Virus record (IMG/VR): IMGVR_UViG_3300031673_000039 | Span: 1 to 61,707 of that record | Reading direction: 5' to 3' (one strand) | DNA length: 61,707 bases | DNA from: a virus | Shown: positions 45,781 to 54,088 of the stretch, one piece after another | How the letters are laid out: every line of letters starts with the position of its first letter | Position numbering within the stretch: the first letter of the stretch is position 1 | The notes under the pieces: generated by a model | Seen by the model: only the letters and a program-made list of their open reading frames with translations | Databases searched by the model: none | Told to the model about the DNA's origin: nothing | Translations under genes and position numbers: made by a program

Positions 45781-45791
45781 AGTTATCTCCT

Positions 45792-45806
45792 TCAGATCGT
45801 GTCAGA
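45792..45806 (-). promoter_or_regulatory. Minus-strand copy of the recurrent motif core
   Basis: The minus strand reads TCTGACACGATCTGA, immediately followed by AGGAG and the start of 45208..45780. Overlaps the stop codon of 45802..46590. Confidence 0.35.
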
Positions 45807-46590
45807 TTGTTGCCGCGAGTTCGGCCGCCAGAACCCAGAGCGCCTTATTCAGGCGCTGGTCTTCGTTGACGCTGTTCACCGCCTTGCTGCGTCGGCGCCG
45901 GCCATCACTACCTACTGCGCGAACTCCGCCCTTGATGACGTGCTCCTGGATACGGTTGAAGGTGGTCCACAGGTCGTTTTTGGTGTCTGCCTGACGCATG
46001 GGTTGAATCAAGTGCGACGGGTTGACCGGGTAATTGCCATTGGTGTCGGCGTCCCATCGGAGCGGAAGGGCGGCGCGGGCGAAGGTAATCTGCTGGCTGG
46101 GTGTCAGTTCGATGCCCTGCCACTCACGCACAGTTTCGGTGAGTGCCGGGAACTCCTCGGTGACGCTGAACACGCCCTCGATCACGCTGTCGATGTGGCC
46201 GCTGTGGCGCTGGCGCACGCTGATCTCGCTGTTGCCGACGGTCATACCGTTGCTGCACACCAGGCGGTAGAAGCCGGCGGAGAGCTGGAAGGCGGAGGTG
46301 CCGTCGTGACTGTTCACCAACACGATCTCTGGGATAATGTCGCCAACCTGTGGGAGAATGTCAGAGTTGCGGAAACGGATGGCATGCTTGGCGAAGCCGA
46401 CCTTGTCCTGAATACGGACGCGGTTCTCGGTGACTTTGGCGGGAAAGAAGCCTTCCTTGCCCAGCGCTTCGACGACGTCGATGGTGGGGATGAACTTGTA
46501 CTTGTCGGACATTTTGCCGTAGGGTTCGGTGGCGAAGATGCTCGGGGCTTGTTTGCGCAGATATTGCGTCATATCGGCTAGGTTACTCAT
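45802..46590 (-). CDS. DUF932/DUF945-like phage-plasmid protein
   Basis: 262 aa. IVLVNSHDGTSAFQLSAGFYRLVCSNGM is characteristic of that family. Confidence 0.65.
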   Translation of the reverse strand: MSNLADMTQYLRKQAPSIFATEPYGKMSDKYKFIPTIDVVEALGKEGFFPAKVTENRVRIQDKVGFAKHAIRFRNSDILPQVGDIIPEIVLVNSHDGTSAFQLSAGFYRLVCSNGMTVGNSEISVRQRHSGHIDSVIEGVFSVTEEFPALTETVREWQGIELTPSQQITFARAALPLRWDADTNGNYPVNPSHLIQPMRQADTKNDLWTTFNRIQEHVIKGGVRAVGSDGRRRRSKAVNSVNEDQRLNKALWVLAAELAATI

Positions 46591-46596
46591 AATGGG

Positions 46597-46701
46597 TTAC
46601 TCCTTGGTGAGTGGTTTTGTTTGTCCGCAAAGATGGCAGGCTTGACGTCCTGTGCAGGGCATCTTTCCGGTGTAGCTGTAGTTGTGATGGACACCCTGCA
46701 T
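46597..46701 (-). CDS. Micro-ORF (34 aa, Cys-rich), low confidence
   Basis: MQGVHHNYSYTGKMPCTGRQACHLCGQTKPLTKE. The stop lies inside the RBS of the next gene. No clear RBS of its own. Confidence 0.25.
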   Translation of the reverse strand: MQGVHHNYSYTGKMPCTGRQACHLCGQTKPLTKE

Positions 46702-46714
46702 AGGGGTGCCCGAT

Positions 46715-46921
46715 TTATAAAGTGCCAGGGTTCTGGGGCAGAGGTTCATCAAGTATCTCCCTTGTTGACCGGGCGACCAGAGGCATGACCTCCCAGGTGA
46801 TGTCTTCCTCCCACGTACTGGCCCACTCAGTAGCCAGCACGGGGTGGGCGAACGGGCCGATGATGGTGAAGCCCTTCTCGATCGTGCCTGAGACGACGAC
46901 TGACATTCCGTGGTTGTTCAT
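46715..46921 (-). CDS. Hypothetical protein (68 aa)
   Basis: Start at MNNHGMSVVVSG with ATGA overlap to the upstream stop. Confidence 0.55.
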   Translation of the reverse strand: MNNHGMSVVVSGTIEKGFTIIGPFAHPVLATEWASTWEEDITWEVMPLVARSTREILDEPLPQNPGTL

Positions 46922-47346
46922 CGTTCTTCTTTCTGCTTGATCATCACGGTGAACTTCTGAAACTCCAGCAGTACGCCGTCGTCGATCTCGGTGACGGTGA
47001 AGCCCACCTTGCCGGCTTGTGCTCGTCGCAGGGGTTCGAGGTTGATGGGTTTGGAGTCTCTCTGCTGGTCCCAGATGTAGGCGAACCTTGCGAAGCTGTG
47101 GGTCTCCTTCGGTGCCGGGTAGCGAGTCAGGAGATTGCGGCGCCACATGAACCCGAGCGTATCAGAGAGTTTGTTGGTGGCCTGTACCCTGCTGGCGACA
47201 TCCTGTTTACCGTCGGCAAATTCAGCTAGTGCTTCGTCGTGTATTTCCTTAATGTCCATCAGGGCAGTAACTGTCAGGGGTTCGGCGGTTGTACGTAGAT
47301 GTTTCTCGAGGATGTTGTAGATGTCGCGTTTTGATCTGACTGCCAT
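46918..47346 (-). CDS. Hypothetical protein (142 aa)
   Basis: AAGGAAA RBS, clean ORF. Confidence 0.6.
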   Translation of the reverse strand: MAVRSKRDIYNILEKHLRTTAEPLTVTALMDIKEIHDEALAEFADGKQDVASRVQATNKLSDTLGFMWRRNLLTRYPAPKETHSFARFAYIWDQQRDSKPINLEPLRRAQAGKVGFTVTEIDDGVLLEFQKFTVMIKQKEER

Positions 47347-47364
47347 GGGGTTTCCTTGAGGTGG

Positions 47365-47529
47365 TTAGCGTTTCCGGTGCCGCGGAAATTCGTGATGAAG
47401 TGGCTCTTTCGGTAGTTCGCGTTGTCGCTGCAGGGTGCCTGCAACGAGGGCGCTCAGCAGCAGGGAGGTCGAGACGAGCTTGTAGCTCAGCCCGACCACT
47501 CTGACGGCCTTTATCAGGTGGATGAGCAT
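47365..47529 (-). CDS. Small membrane protein (54 aa)
   Basis: Start at MLIHLIKAV. Hydrophobic LVSTSLLLSALVAG. Confidence 0.45.
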   Translation of the reverse strand: MLIHLIKAVRVVGLSYKLVSTSLLLSALVAGTLQRQRELPKEPLHHEFPRHRKR

Positions 47530-47533
47530 TGTG

Positions 47534-47929
47534 TTACCTTTTGGTTTGAGTTGCAACCCATAGCGCGAGTTCAGCGCGAGATTTTATTCGAGAGCGAAAG
47601 TCCTCGGGTGTGAGGGGGTGCGTTTCATAGGCGTCGAGTACGATGCCCCCTTCAGAACTGCCGACGATGACGGCGACCTTGCGCCCTTCGTCGTGCCTCC
47701 CTCGCAGCCAGGCGAGCTGAAGGGCCGAGAGGTTGACTTCGATCATCGTCGTTGCCCGTTTGGGGATGACGATGAACTTGTACTCCACCCACAGTTCGCC
47801 CTTGCTGCCGGAGTAGTAGCAGTCCGGGATGCCCGCGACGTACGGGTTGTTGGTCTTCATCCGGTACACGGTGGAGCACAGGTGTTTATGGACGCCGCTG
47901 ATGAAGGTGTTTTCGGGCTTAACGGCCAT
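47534..47929 (-). CDS. PD-(D/E)XK-type nuclease (VRR-NUC / resolvase-like, tentative)
   Basis: GIPDCYYSGSKGELWVEYKF gives a D...ExK arrangement. 131 aa. TGATG junction with the upstream gene. Confidence 0.45.
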   Translation of the reverse strand: MAVKPENTFISGVHKHLCSTVYRMKTNNPYVAGIPDCYYSGSKGELWVEYKFIVIPKRATTMIEVNLSALQLAWLRGRHDEGRKVAVIVGSSEGGIVLDAYETHPLTPEDFRSRIKSRAELALWVATQTKR

Positions 47930-48462
47930 CAGATGAGCTGCCCGCGGTGCACCCATATAAGAGCACTTATCGGGTACTGGGGGTTGTTACTTTCTGACAA
48001 CCGTACTTCGACGCCATCGTTACTTGCGGAGAACATGGATACGTGGCCTTTGAGAGGGATTGCGAATCGGTAACGATCGAGAACTATGACGGGGTCCCCG
48101 ACAAGAAGTTCTTTTTGTGCAAATCCATTTTGTGGATGATAACCTTCGGGCTGTACGGGGCAGATGCGGTTATCTTGTTTTTGATCGTCACGATCTACGC
48201 ATTGTTTCGGCTCTTTACCCATCACCTCAAGCAGCTTGGTCAGGTAGTGCTGGGCCTTGCACAGGTACTGGTACTTGCTGCCTTTGTCGCGAGCAATGTA
48301 CTTGATTACATTGCCGTGCAGGAAACCCTTGAAAGCCTCGGGCGTCATCCAGGACTGCATCGCGTCCCATGGCTGGACAGCGAGTTTCTTGTAGTGATCG
48401 CCACCGACCTGAGTGGCGTTGGCATCTTCTAGCTTTTGGAGTGAATTTGGCATGAGTGCCAT
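47929..48462 (-). CDS. DUF3310-like N-terminal domain protein (177 aa)
   Basis: Start at MALMPNS after AAGGAAA. GGDHYKKLAVQPWD...FLHGNVIKYIARDKGS...KAQHYL matches the DUF3310 pattern. Confidence 0.55.
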   Translation of the reverse strand: MALMPNSLQKLEDANATQVGGDHYKKLAVQPWDAMQSWMTPEAFKGFLHGNVIKYIARDKGSKYQYLCKAQHYLTKLLEVMGKEPKQCVDRDDQKQDNRICPVQPEGYHPQNGFAQKELLVGDPVIVLDRYRFAIPLKGHVSMFSASNDGVEVRLSESNNPQYPISALIWVHRGQLI

Positions 48463-48584
48463 GCTTATTTCCTTTGAATGAGTTCCCGGTGTCGGCCACG
48501 CTACCGGGTCAAGCGTCCGTCTTGTGCCCCATTCTTTCCGGGTCAGGTTGGCCTGCGCGACGACCGGCCGCGCGCGGTAAAACT

Positions 48585-49133
48585 TTAAGCGGCCAAAAGT
48601 CCGTGCTCTGCGCGTGTCCTGCGATGCCACATGGCGATCAGGGTGAGCGCCTGGGCCTCGGCATCGGCCAGAGCGTTGTGCGCTACGCTGGGCTTGACGC
48701 ACAGGGCCTTGAACTCATCCTTGCTGAACTGGTAGCGCAGAGTGCGGTAGTCACGTGCGTTGTAGTAGGCCCAAGGAACGAGCTTGTTGCAGGCGCGGTA
48801 TGCGCTGTCGAGGATGGGCAGGTCGAAGTTGGTACCGTTGGCCCAGATCAGGGTGTCCTGCCAGTTGAAGGTGTCGCTCAGTAGAGTGAGCGCCAGGTCG
48901 AGGGTCAGTCCTTCCCGCGAGAAAACCTGTCGGGCAACGTCGCTCTGTTCCATCCACCAGGCCAGGGTACGGCCGTCGATTTTCAGGCCTGCGTCCTGAC
49001 AGGAGTCGATGTCAACGTCAACGTAAAAGCTGTCAAGCAGTTCGGTCTCGTTGAAAGAGACGGCGCCGATAGAAAGAATGACGGAGTTCGCCGCGGTGCC
49101 CAGTGTTTCAATGTCAAGCATTACATTATTCAT
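48585..49133 (-). CDS. DnaQ-like 3'-5' exonuclease
   Basis: Exo I MLDIETLG, Exo II NGTNFDLPIL, Exo III HNALADAEAQ. Confidence 0.85.
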   Translation of the reverse strand: MNNVMLDIETLGTAANSVILSIGAVSFNETELLDSFYVDVDIDSCQDAGLKIDGRTLAWWMEQSDVARQVFSREGLTLDLALTLLSDTFNWQDTLIWANGTNFDLPILDSAYRACNKLVPWAYYNARDYRTLRYQFSKDEFKALCVKPSVAHNALADAEAQALTLIAMWHRRTRAEHGLLAA

Positions 49134-49196
49134 TATTTAGAGTCTCCAGATGGTTCCCGCGGCGAACCCGCCGCGGGGTGCTACACCGCTGGAGAG

Positions 49197-49439
49197 CTAT
49201 GAGGCTGCGGGGGTGGTCAGTGCGCCGAGCTGGGCCTGGTAGCCGACCAGGGATTTGGCCAGGGCGGCGAGGGTCTTGCCGCTGTTTTTGATATTTTCAG
49301 CGTGCAGTTTTTCAGCAGTCTTGATCGCTTTCGCCATCAATTTGCTTTCGTTGGTTGCAGCCTTGATCTTGCCCTTCAGTTCGACGACGGCTGCTTTCTT
49401 CTCTTCTTTGCTCAGGATGATGCTCTTGCTTCTTGCCAT
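49197..49439 (-). CDS. Lys/Ala-rich small protein (80 aa), possibly nucleic-acid binding
   Basis: AAGGAG RBS before the ATG at 49437-49439. MARSKSIILSKEEKKAAVVELKGKIKAATNESK. Confidence 0.5.
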   Translation of the reverse strand: MARSKSIILSKEEKKAAVVELKGKIKAATNESKLMAKAIKTAEKLHAENIKNSGKTLAALAKSLVGYQAQLGALTTPAAS

Positions 49440-49647
49440 GGATATTCTCCTTAAGGTTGGCGTTAAAATCACGGATGTTCAGTTTTGCTGCTTGGGCTTC
49501 CAGACGACGGAGCAGGGTGCTCCGTCGCCGGGTGCCCATTTCCAACTTCAGTGCGGTGAGCACTTCCTCCGCAGTCAGGTCGTCAATTACGACTCCCAGT
49601 CTGCGGAAGGAGTGGGTCGCCTCACTGACGAACCACTGCCTGACCAC
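49312..49647 (-). CDS. Hypothetical protein (111 aa); 3' third overlaps 49197..49439 out of frame
   Basis: GTG start just after the upstream stop. LTAEEVLTALKLEMGTRRRSTLLRRLEAQAAKL is a helical motif common in small phage proteins. The real 3' end is uncertain. Confidence 0.4.
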   Translation of the reverse strand: MVRQWFVSEATHSFRRLGVVIDDLTAEEVLTALKLEMGTRRRSTLLRRLEAQAAKLNIRDFNANLKENIHGKKQEHHPEQRREESSRRRTEGQDQGCNQRKQIDGESDQDC

Positions 49648-49648
49648 T

Positions 49649-50413
49649 TTAGGCAGCCTTGCGGGCGGGTGCTTTGCCCTTGGCTTTCGGAACCGCCTTG
49701 ACGAAGCCGGAGACGTCTGGTTCGACCATCAGGAGTTCCATGGCGTCGCCACGACGAGCGTAGGAGATGGCCATCTGCGCGTCGGTGCAGGGCACGGGAT
49801 CGCTGAAGCGCAGGCTGGCGTACTCCAGATTCGGGTCCAGGGTGACGTGGGTGATGACGTCACGGGGGACCACGCCGGCACGTGCCAGGCTGGCCACATA
49901 GCCGTCGAAACTCTTCAGTGCTGTGGCGGTGACCTTCACCTTCATGAGAGGCGCGTCAGGCTCGCTGTCGGCTGCACGTACGGCCAGCCAGCGGTTGTTG
50001 TTGCAGGCCTTGCCGTTGCCAGTGCGAGCAGATTTCCACTGACCTGCCCAGCAGGTTACGCAGCTCTCGCCTTGGCAGTCCGGGCTGTTCTCGCTCGGGC
50101 ACAGGCCGGTGGGCTCGAGTCCGATGGCGAAGCAGTTGGGCGGGACCAGGTTGGTCTCGTCGTAGCCGTTCTCGTAGTATTCATTGCGACTGATGAAGTC
50201 GACGATGATCACGTCGATTTCTTCTGCCGTGCCACCGTCAGGCATGATGAACACGCCCTTCTTGGCCTTGATCTGGTTGCCCGAAGGAACTGCCAGACGG
50301 GCCTTCATGGCGGCTACTTCAGCTTCGCGCTGTGCCTTGAGGTCGACGGGGAGGTTGGTGACTTTCGCCTTGCCAACGGCGGTTGATGCAGGTTTTGCTT
50401 TGGGTGCTGCCAT
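49649..50413 (-). CDS. Replication-module protein (254 aa) with a Cys cluster; possible ssDNA-binding/recombination role
   Basis: AAAGGAG RBS before MAAPKAKPAS. CQGESCVTCWAGQWKSARTGNGKAC. Lys/Ala-rich termini. Function inferred only from context. Confidence 0.5.
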   Translation of the reverse strand: MAAPKAKPASTAVGKAKVTNLPVDLKAQREAEVAAMKARLAVPSGNQIKAKKGVFIMPDGGTAEEIDVIIVDFISRNEYYENGYDETNLVPPNCFAIGLEPTGLCPSENSPDCQGESCVTCWAGQWKSARTGNGKACNNNRWLAVRAADSEPDAPLMKVKVTATALKSFDGYVASLARAGVVPRDVITHVTLDPNLEYASLRFSDPVPCTDAQMAISYARRGDAMELLMVEPDVSGFVKAVPKAKGKAPARKAA

Positions 50414-50496
50414 GGTGAGTCTCCTTTCGAGAGGGTGAGAGTAGAACAAATAGTTGGGATAAAGAAAATCTATATTTATTTATTGATATAGATCAA

Positions 50497-50904
50497 TTAC
50501 AGCGAACGCAGGTTCAGGTTGCGCTTGGTGAAGGCGGTGAGGCCGGGAACGACGCCTTTCTTCTCTAGCAGTTCGCGGAATGCTGGGTCGGAAATGCGGC
50601 GTTGGAATAGGTGGCCATAGTTATTTCTTTTGGCAAAAGCCCAGAGTTTGTCGAAGTCCTCGATGACTGCAACTACGACTTCGGTAATGCTGACGCCGGC
50701 TTTCTTACCCTCTCCTTTGCGACTCTCTTCAGAGTCGAGGCGCTCGATGATCTGGGCTTGAAGGGTGTTGTAGACCTCCTCGGCGTCCTTGACCTTGACG
50801 GCAAGGGCGCGCTTGACTTCCCGTGCATCGTCGAGCTGGTCGATGAGGGAGCCGAGGGTGGCGGGTTTGGTAGGGACTGCTTTGAGTTTGGGTGCTGCGG
50901 ACAT
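50497..50904 (-). CDS. Hypothetical protein (135 aa)
   Basis: AAAGGAGG RBS, clean ORF. Confidence 0.6.
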   Translation of the reverse strand: MSAAPKLKAVPTKPATLGSLIDQLDDAREVKRALAVKVKDAEEVYNTLQAQIIERLDSEESRKGEGKKAGVSITEVVVAVIEDFDKLWAFAKRNNYGHLFQRRISDPAFRELLEKKGVVPGLTAFTKRNLNLRSL

Positions 50905-50928
50905 CTTGTTACCTCCTTTAAAACAGAT

Positions 50929-50956
50929 TGTATATGAATCTAAAACACTCTGTCAA
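50929..50956 (-). promoter_or_regulatory. Sigma70-like promoter candidate upstream of 50497..50904
   Basis: Minus strand: TTGACA, 16-nt spacer, TATACA. The ACAATCTGT motif core overlaps the -10/start region. Confidence 0.4.
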
Positions 50957-50967
50957 GAGTGTTTTAG
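50940..50967 (-). terminator. 12-bp perfect hairpin overlapping the DNA polymerase stop codon
   Basis: Minus strand: CTAAAACACTCT-TGAC-AGAGTGTTTTAG. The U-tract lies inside the stem 3' arm. Terminator/attenuator role is uncertain. Confidence 0.45.
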
Positions 50968-52940
50968 AGAGTTACCCCCATGTCTTTCAACATGGAGCGT
51001 GTTTCGTTGATGTACCAGTCAAAGTCTAAGTCGGCAGGCAAGCCTTGCGGTAGGGTCATGCACAGCTGCGCACCCTCCGTCTTGGGCACCTGGTTCCCTG
51101 AGCCCAGGTAGGTAATGGCGGGTTGCTGCTCGGTGCTCATGTACCAGCGGGCTACTCTTCCGAACGGCACGCCGCCTGTGCCTACTTCGCGTGGGGCAGG
51201 GCGGGACTTGCGTTTCACGTCCTTGGTGGTCATGCCCGGGTAGGCCCAGAAGCCTGGTTCGACTTCCTGCCAGTCGTCGACCAGCTCGATCTTCTTGTGC
51301 TGGACTCCGCCACCCTTGACGTTCCTCACGGCGAGGAAGTCCTTGATGTCGGTATGTCGCTTGACGTTGAACTTGCCTGTCTTCAGGTAGTCGATGGCCA
51401 TGTTACTGCATACGGTCATTGTTGGGTTCTTGCCTGTGGGTGATTCGGGGGAGTGCACACAGCCGACACCGTACAGCCCCTTGCGCTTCACCTTGCATGA
51501 ACCTGGTGGGATAATGGCAATGCCTTTGTTGGAGATAACTACGGCGTCTCTACTTTGTGTGATAGCCAGATAATTATTTACGTCCTTCATGGCGATGCGG
51601 GAGTACGGTGTTTCCTCGTATTCGAACCCCGTGCCTTTGCTGTTCGTGGCGAAGACCTTGAGCACTTTGTCGCGGGCGTATGGGGCGTACCCTACCGTGA
51701 TGCCGTCCGTGTTCGCCGAGTAGACTGACACCCCTTTGATGGCTTCGAGCTGGGCAATCAGGATAAGCAGGTTGAGCTGGCCTGTAAGGGTCACGCCGAG
51801 CATCACGTCCGGTGCGTAGAACACTGAGTAGATACTGCCGAGCTTGCCGTAGGTGCCGTTCAAAACGATCTTGAGGCAGTTGGCTACGGATTTATTTCCG
51901 GCGTGTTTGGCAACCATCCTCTGCTGGTAAATTTCCTCGTATGCCTCGATGAACTGGATACCCAGGTCGCCGGGCATGCGTGGGATCAGGCCGCACTTCA
52001 TCATCAGGTTCGGATAGTAGCTGGCGACGTCAAAGTCGCTGATGAGTAGGTCGTCCGTGGCTTGGCGGTGGAAGCTCTTGTCGTGCGTGCTGTGCAATCC
52101 GCCTATGCCCAGCTGGTAAGTGCCCCTGCCAATTGCGATCGGCTGTTCCATCCATTGGGCGGCTTCCGGCGAGCCGTTGCCGGGGTTGATCAGGAACTGG
52201 GTGTTGTGCAGCTTGTCGATAATTTCGAGCAGTTGTTTGTGTTTGGTGCGGATGATTTCCGGCACGGTGAAGTCTACATACATCGGGGCAGACTTCTTTA
52301 GCTTTGTGATGCCGAGTTTCTTCTTTAGTATTGCCTCGGCGATCTGCGCGTCGGACTTGCTGCGCAGGTCGATGCCGTGCTCTGCGCTGAGTTCCTCGCG
52401 TAGTTTGATTTCATTCTTGAGTTGCTTGAAGAGTTCTTCGGTCACGCCTAGGTCGTTCAGGCAGTAAGCCTCGAGTACTTTGTGTTGGCTTGGCTTGAGG
52501 TCTTCGTCGTGTGCCATTGGCATGTCGATCATGGTTGGGTACCCCATGCGGCCGGCGTAGGTTTTGAGTGAGATCATCACGCCGGGCGCGGTTTCAATCA
52601 GGTCGATGTGGTCGAAGTCGATATATTCGATCTGGAACTCGCGGTAAGTCTGCCAGCTGCGCAGTTGTCCTTCGATGATCTGGTTGGCCACGTCCTTGAG
52701 CCAGAGGGCGTCTGCTCCGGCGAGGGCCGCACAGAGCAGTGGTGCATCGAAGTTAATTCCATTGAAGGAAATCCAGGTGTACAGCGGGTTGAGTAAGGCT
52801 TTTTTGAGATTGGCCATGTGGCCGCGCTTGTGCAGCCAGTAGGCCCGGGTCAAGCCGGTCTCGACAACCTTGGTGCAGACCAGGAAGACCGGGTTGTCCT
52901 TACCGATAATTTCGATGTCGAAGATCAGGTGTTTTTTCAT
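50964..52940 (-). CDS. Family B DNA polymerase with 3'-5' exonuclease domain
   Basis: Exo I LIFDIEI, Exo II NGINFDAPLL, Exo III YCLNDLGV. Pol motif A DFDVASYYPNLM, motif B KIVLNGTYGKLG, motif C YSANTDGITV. Confidence 0.9.
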   Translation of the reverse strand: MKKHLIFDIEIIGKDNPVFLVCTKVVETGLTRAYWLHKRGHMANLKKALLNPLYTWISFNGINFDAPLLCAALAGADALWLKDVANQIIEGQLRSWQTYREFQIEYIDFDHIDLIETAPGVMISLKTYAGRMGYPTMIDMPMAHDEDLKPSQHKVLEAYCLNDLGVTEELFKQLKNEIKLREELSAEHGIDLRSKSDAQIAEAILKKKLGITKLKKSAPMYVDFTVPEIIRTKHKQLLEIIDKLHNTQFLINPGNGSPEAAQWMEQPIAIGRGTYQLGIGGLHSTHDKSFHRQATDDLLISDFDVASYYPNLMMKCGLIPRMPGDLGIQFIEAYEEIYQQRMVAKHAGNKSVANCLKIVLNGTYGKLGSIYSVFYAPDVMLGVTLTGQLNLLILIAQLEAIKGVSVYSANTDGITVGYAPYARDKVLKVFATNSKGTGFEYEETPYSRIAMKDVNNYLAITQSRDAVVISNKGIAIIPPGSCKVKRKGLYGVGCVHSPESPTGKNPTMTVCSNMAIDYLKTGKFNVKRHTDIKDFLAVRNVKGGGVQHKKIELVDDWQEVEPGFWAYPGMTTKDVKRKSRPAPREVGTGGVPFGRVARWYMSTEQQPAITYLGSGNQVPKTEGAQLCMTLPQGLPADLDFDWYINETRSMLKDMGVTL

Positions 52941-53038
52941 GACTTATATACCAAGTGTATGAAGTAGCCGATTACGACTGCTGCTGCGAGTGGGCTAACG
53001 ATATAGTCACCAATAGCCTGAATTATTTCAACGGTCAT
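52937..53038 (-). CDS. Micro-ORF, single-TM peptide (33 aa)
   Basis: ATGA overlaps at both ends. MTVEIIQAIGDYIVSPLAAAVVIGYFIHLVYKS. Confidence 0.4.
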   Translation of the reverse strand: MTVEIIQAIGDYIVSPLAAAVVIGYFIHLVYKS

Positions 53039-53238
53039 ACTCGATGCTCCTTCTGTCGTTTCAGTATCCAGTCATGCTCGCTAGCGCAGTCCCCATCGCA
53101 GTACAGCTTGGGCAGGGGTATGATGGCGTCGCAGTTGTAACAGCTGCAACGTGGCTCGAACTTGGGCGTGGGTTTGGTCTTGGGCAGCGCGTCGAGAATC
53201 GCTTCGCGCTCGGTCAGTGCGTCGAGGAAATCAGGCAT
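53035..53238 (-). CDS. Small Cys-rich protein (67 aa)
   Basis: Start at MPDFLDALTE. CSCYNC...CDGDC. Confidence 0.5.
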   Translation of the reverse strand: MPDFLDALTEREAILDALPKTKPTPKFEPRCSCYNCDAIIPLPKLYCDGDCASEHDWILKRQKEHRV

Positions 53239-53515
53239 GGGCTTCTTTCTCTGCAAGCCATTGAAGAAATTGATACCCGCCGGCAATACAGGCGAGGCTT
53301 TGTGAAGATGCCCAGTATTCATCGGGGTCATCGTCGGGTAATGTTTTGAAATATTCATCGTACAGAATTTCCAATTCAGGAATTGTGTAGAGCTTAGTTC
53401 CCTGTAACGGAGGGGGCTGTTTGTGGAAATTTTCCCTTGTTTTTTCGGCTGCTTTGTTTTGTTTGTAGTTTTCCTCTTGGATAGCTGCCCAGTTTTCGTG
53501 AGTGATTTTTGTCAT
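53231..53515 (-). CDS. Hypothetical protein (94 aa)
   Basis: GGAG RBS, clean ORF. Confidence 0.55.
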   Translation of the reverse strand: MTKITHENWAAIQEENYKQNKAAEKTRENFHKQPPPLQGTKLYTIPELEILYDEYFKTLPDDDPDEYWASSQSLACIAGGYQFLQWLAEKEAHA

Positions 53516-53603
53516 TTCAATACTCCGTAAATTCTTCTCTGATCCACCACTGGGAGGGTTTCAATGGTTTGCCAGTGATGGGGTTCTCATCGAGGAGCAT
53601 GGC

Positions 53604-53966
53604 TCATTTCAGCTCCTCCGGCACTTCCACCTCGTCGCCCAGCTTGCTGGCAACGTAGCTGCGCATGGCGGCGACGAGCGGGGTGGGGCCTCGTTGTGAA
53701 TATTCATTTCGATGCGCACCTAAGCCGGTGCTTTTGTATGCAAGCCAGTCAGACCATTCTGGATTTGTTCTAACCGTTAAGGTTTCCCGCTCAATAATCG
53801 GGCCACCGTGTGACCAGTCGGTTGACGGAGAATAATAATACTCAACTTTGCCGTCATTTTTCCGCAACCATGCTTTTGACCTGTGACAGTCTAAAACTCG
53901 CTTGAAGCTTTCACTCGTCGCTACTGCCCAATCCAGAGCGGGGCCAATCAGTTCTGATGTTTTCAT
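53604..53966 (-). CDS. DUF2591-like (N4 gp49 / Sf6 gp66 family) protein
   Basis: MKTSELIGPALDWAVATSE...YSPSTDWSHGGPIIERE matches the family signature. Confidence 0.55.
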   Translation of the reverse strand: MKTSELIGPALDWAVATSESFKRVLDCHRSKAWLRKNDGKVEYYYSPSTDWSHGGPIIERETLTVRTNPEWSDWLAYKSTGLGAHRNEYSQRGPTPLVAAMRSYVASKLGDEVEVPEELK

Positions 53967-54088
53967 TTTCCCAGCTCCCAGTAACTCCATACTCCATTGC
54001 GCGCTTTGCGGAAATTTCGTGGGTTGGCAAAGTCTCCGTTGAGGTACCAATATCTTTTTGAGACTTGGATATTCACTTTCGATAACTC

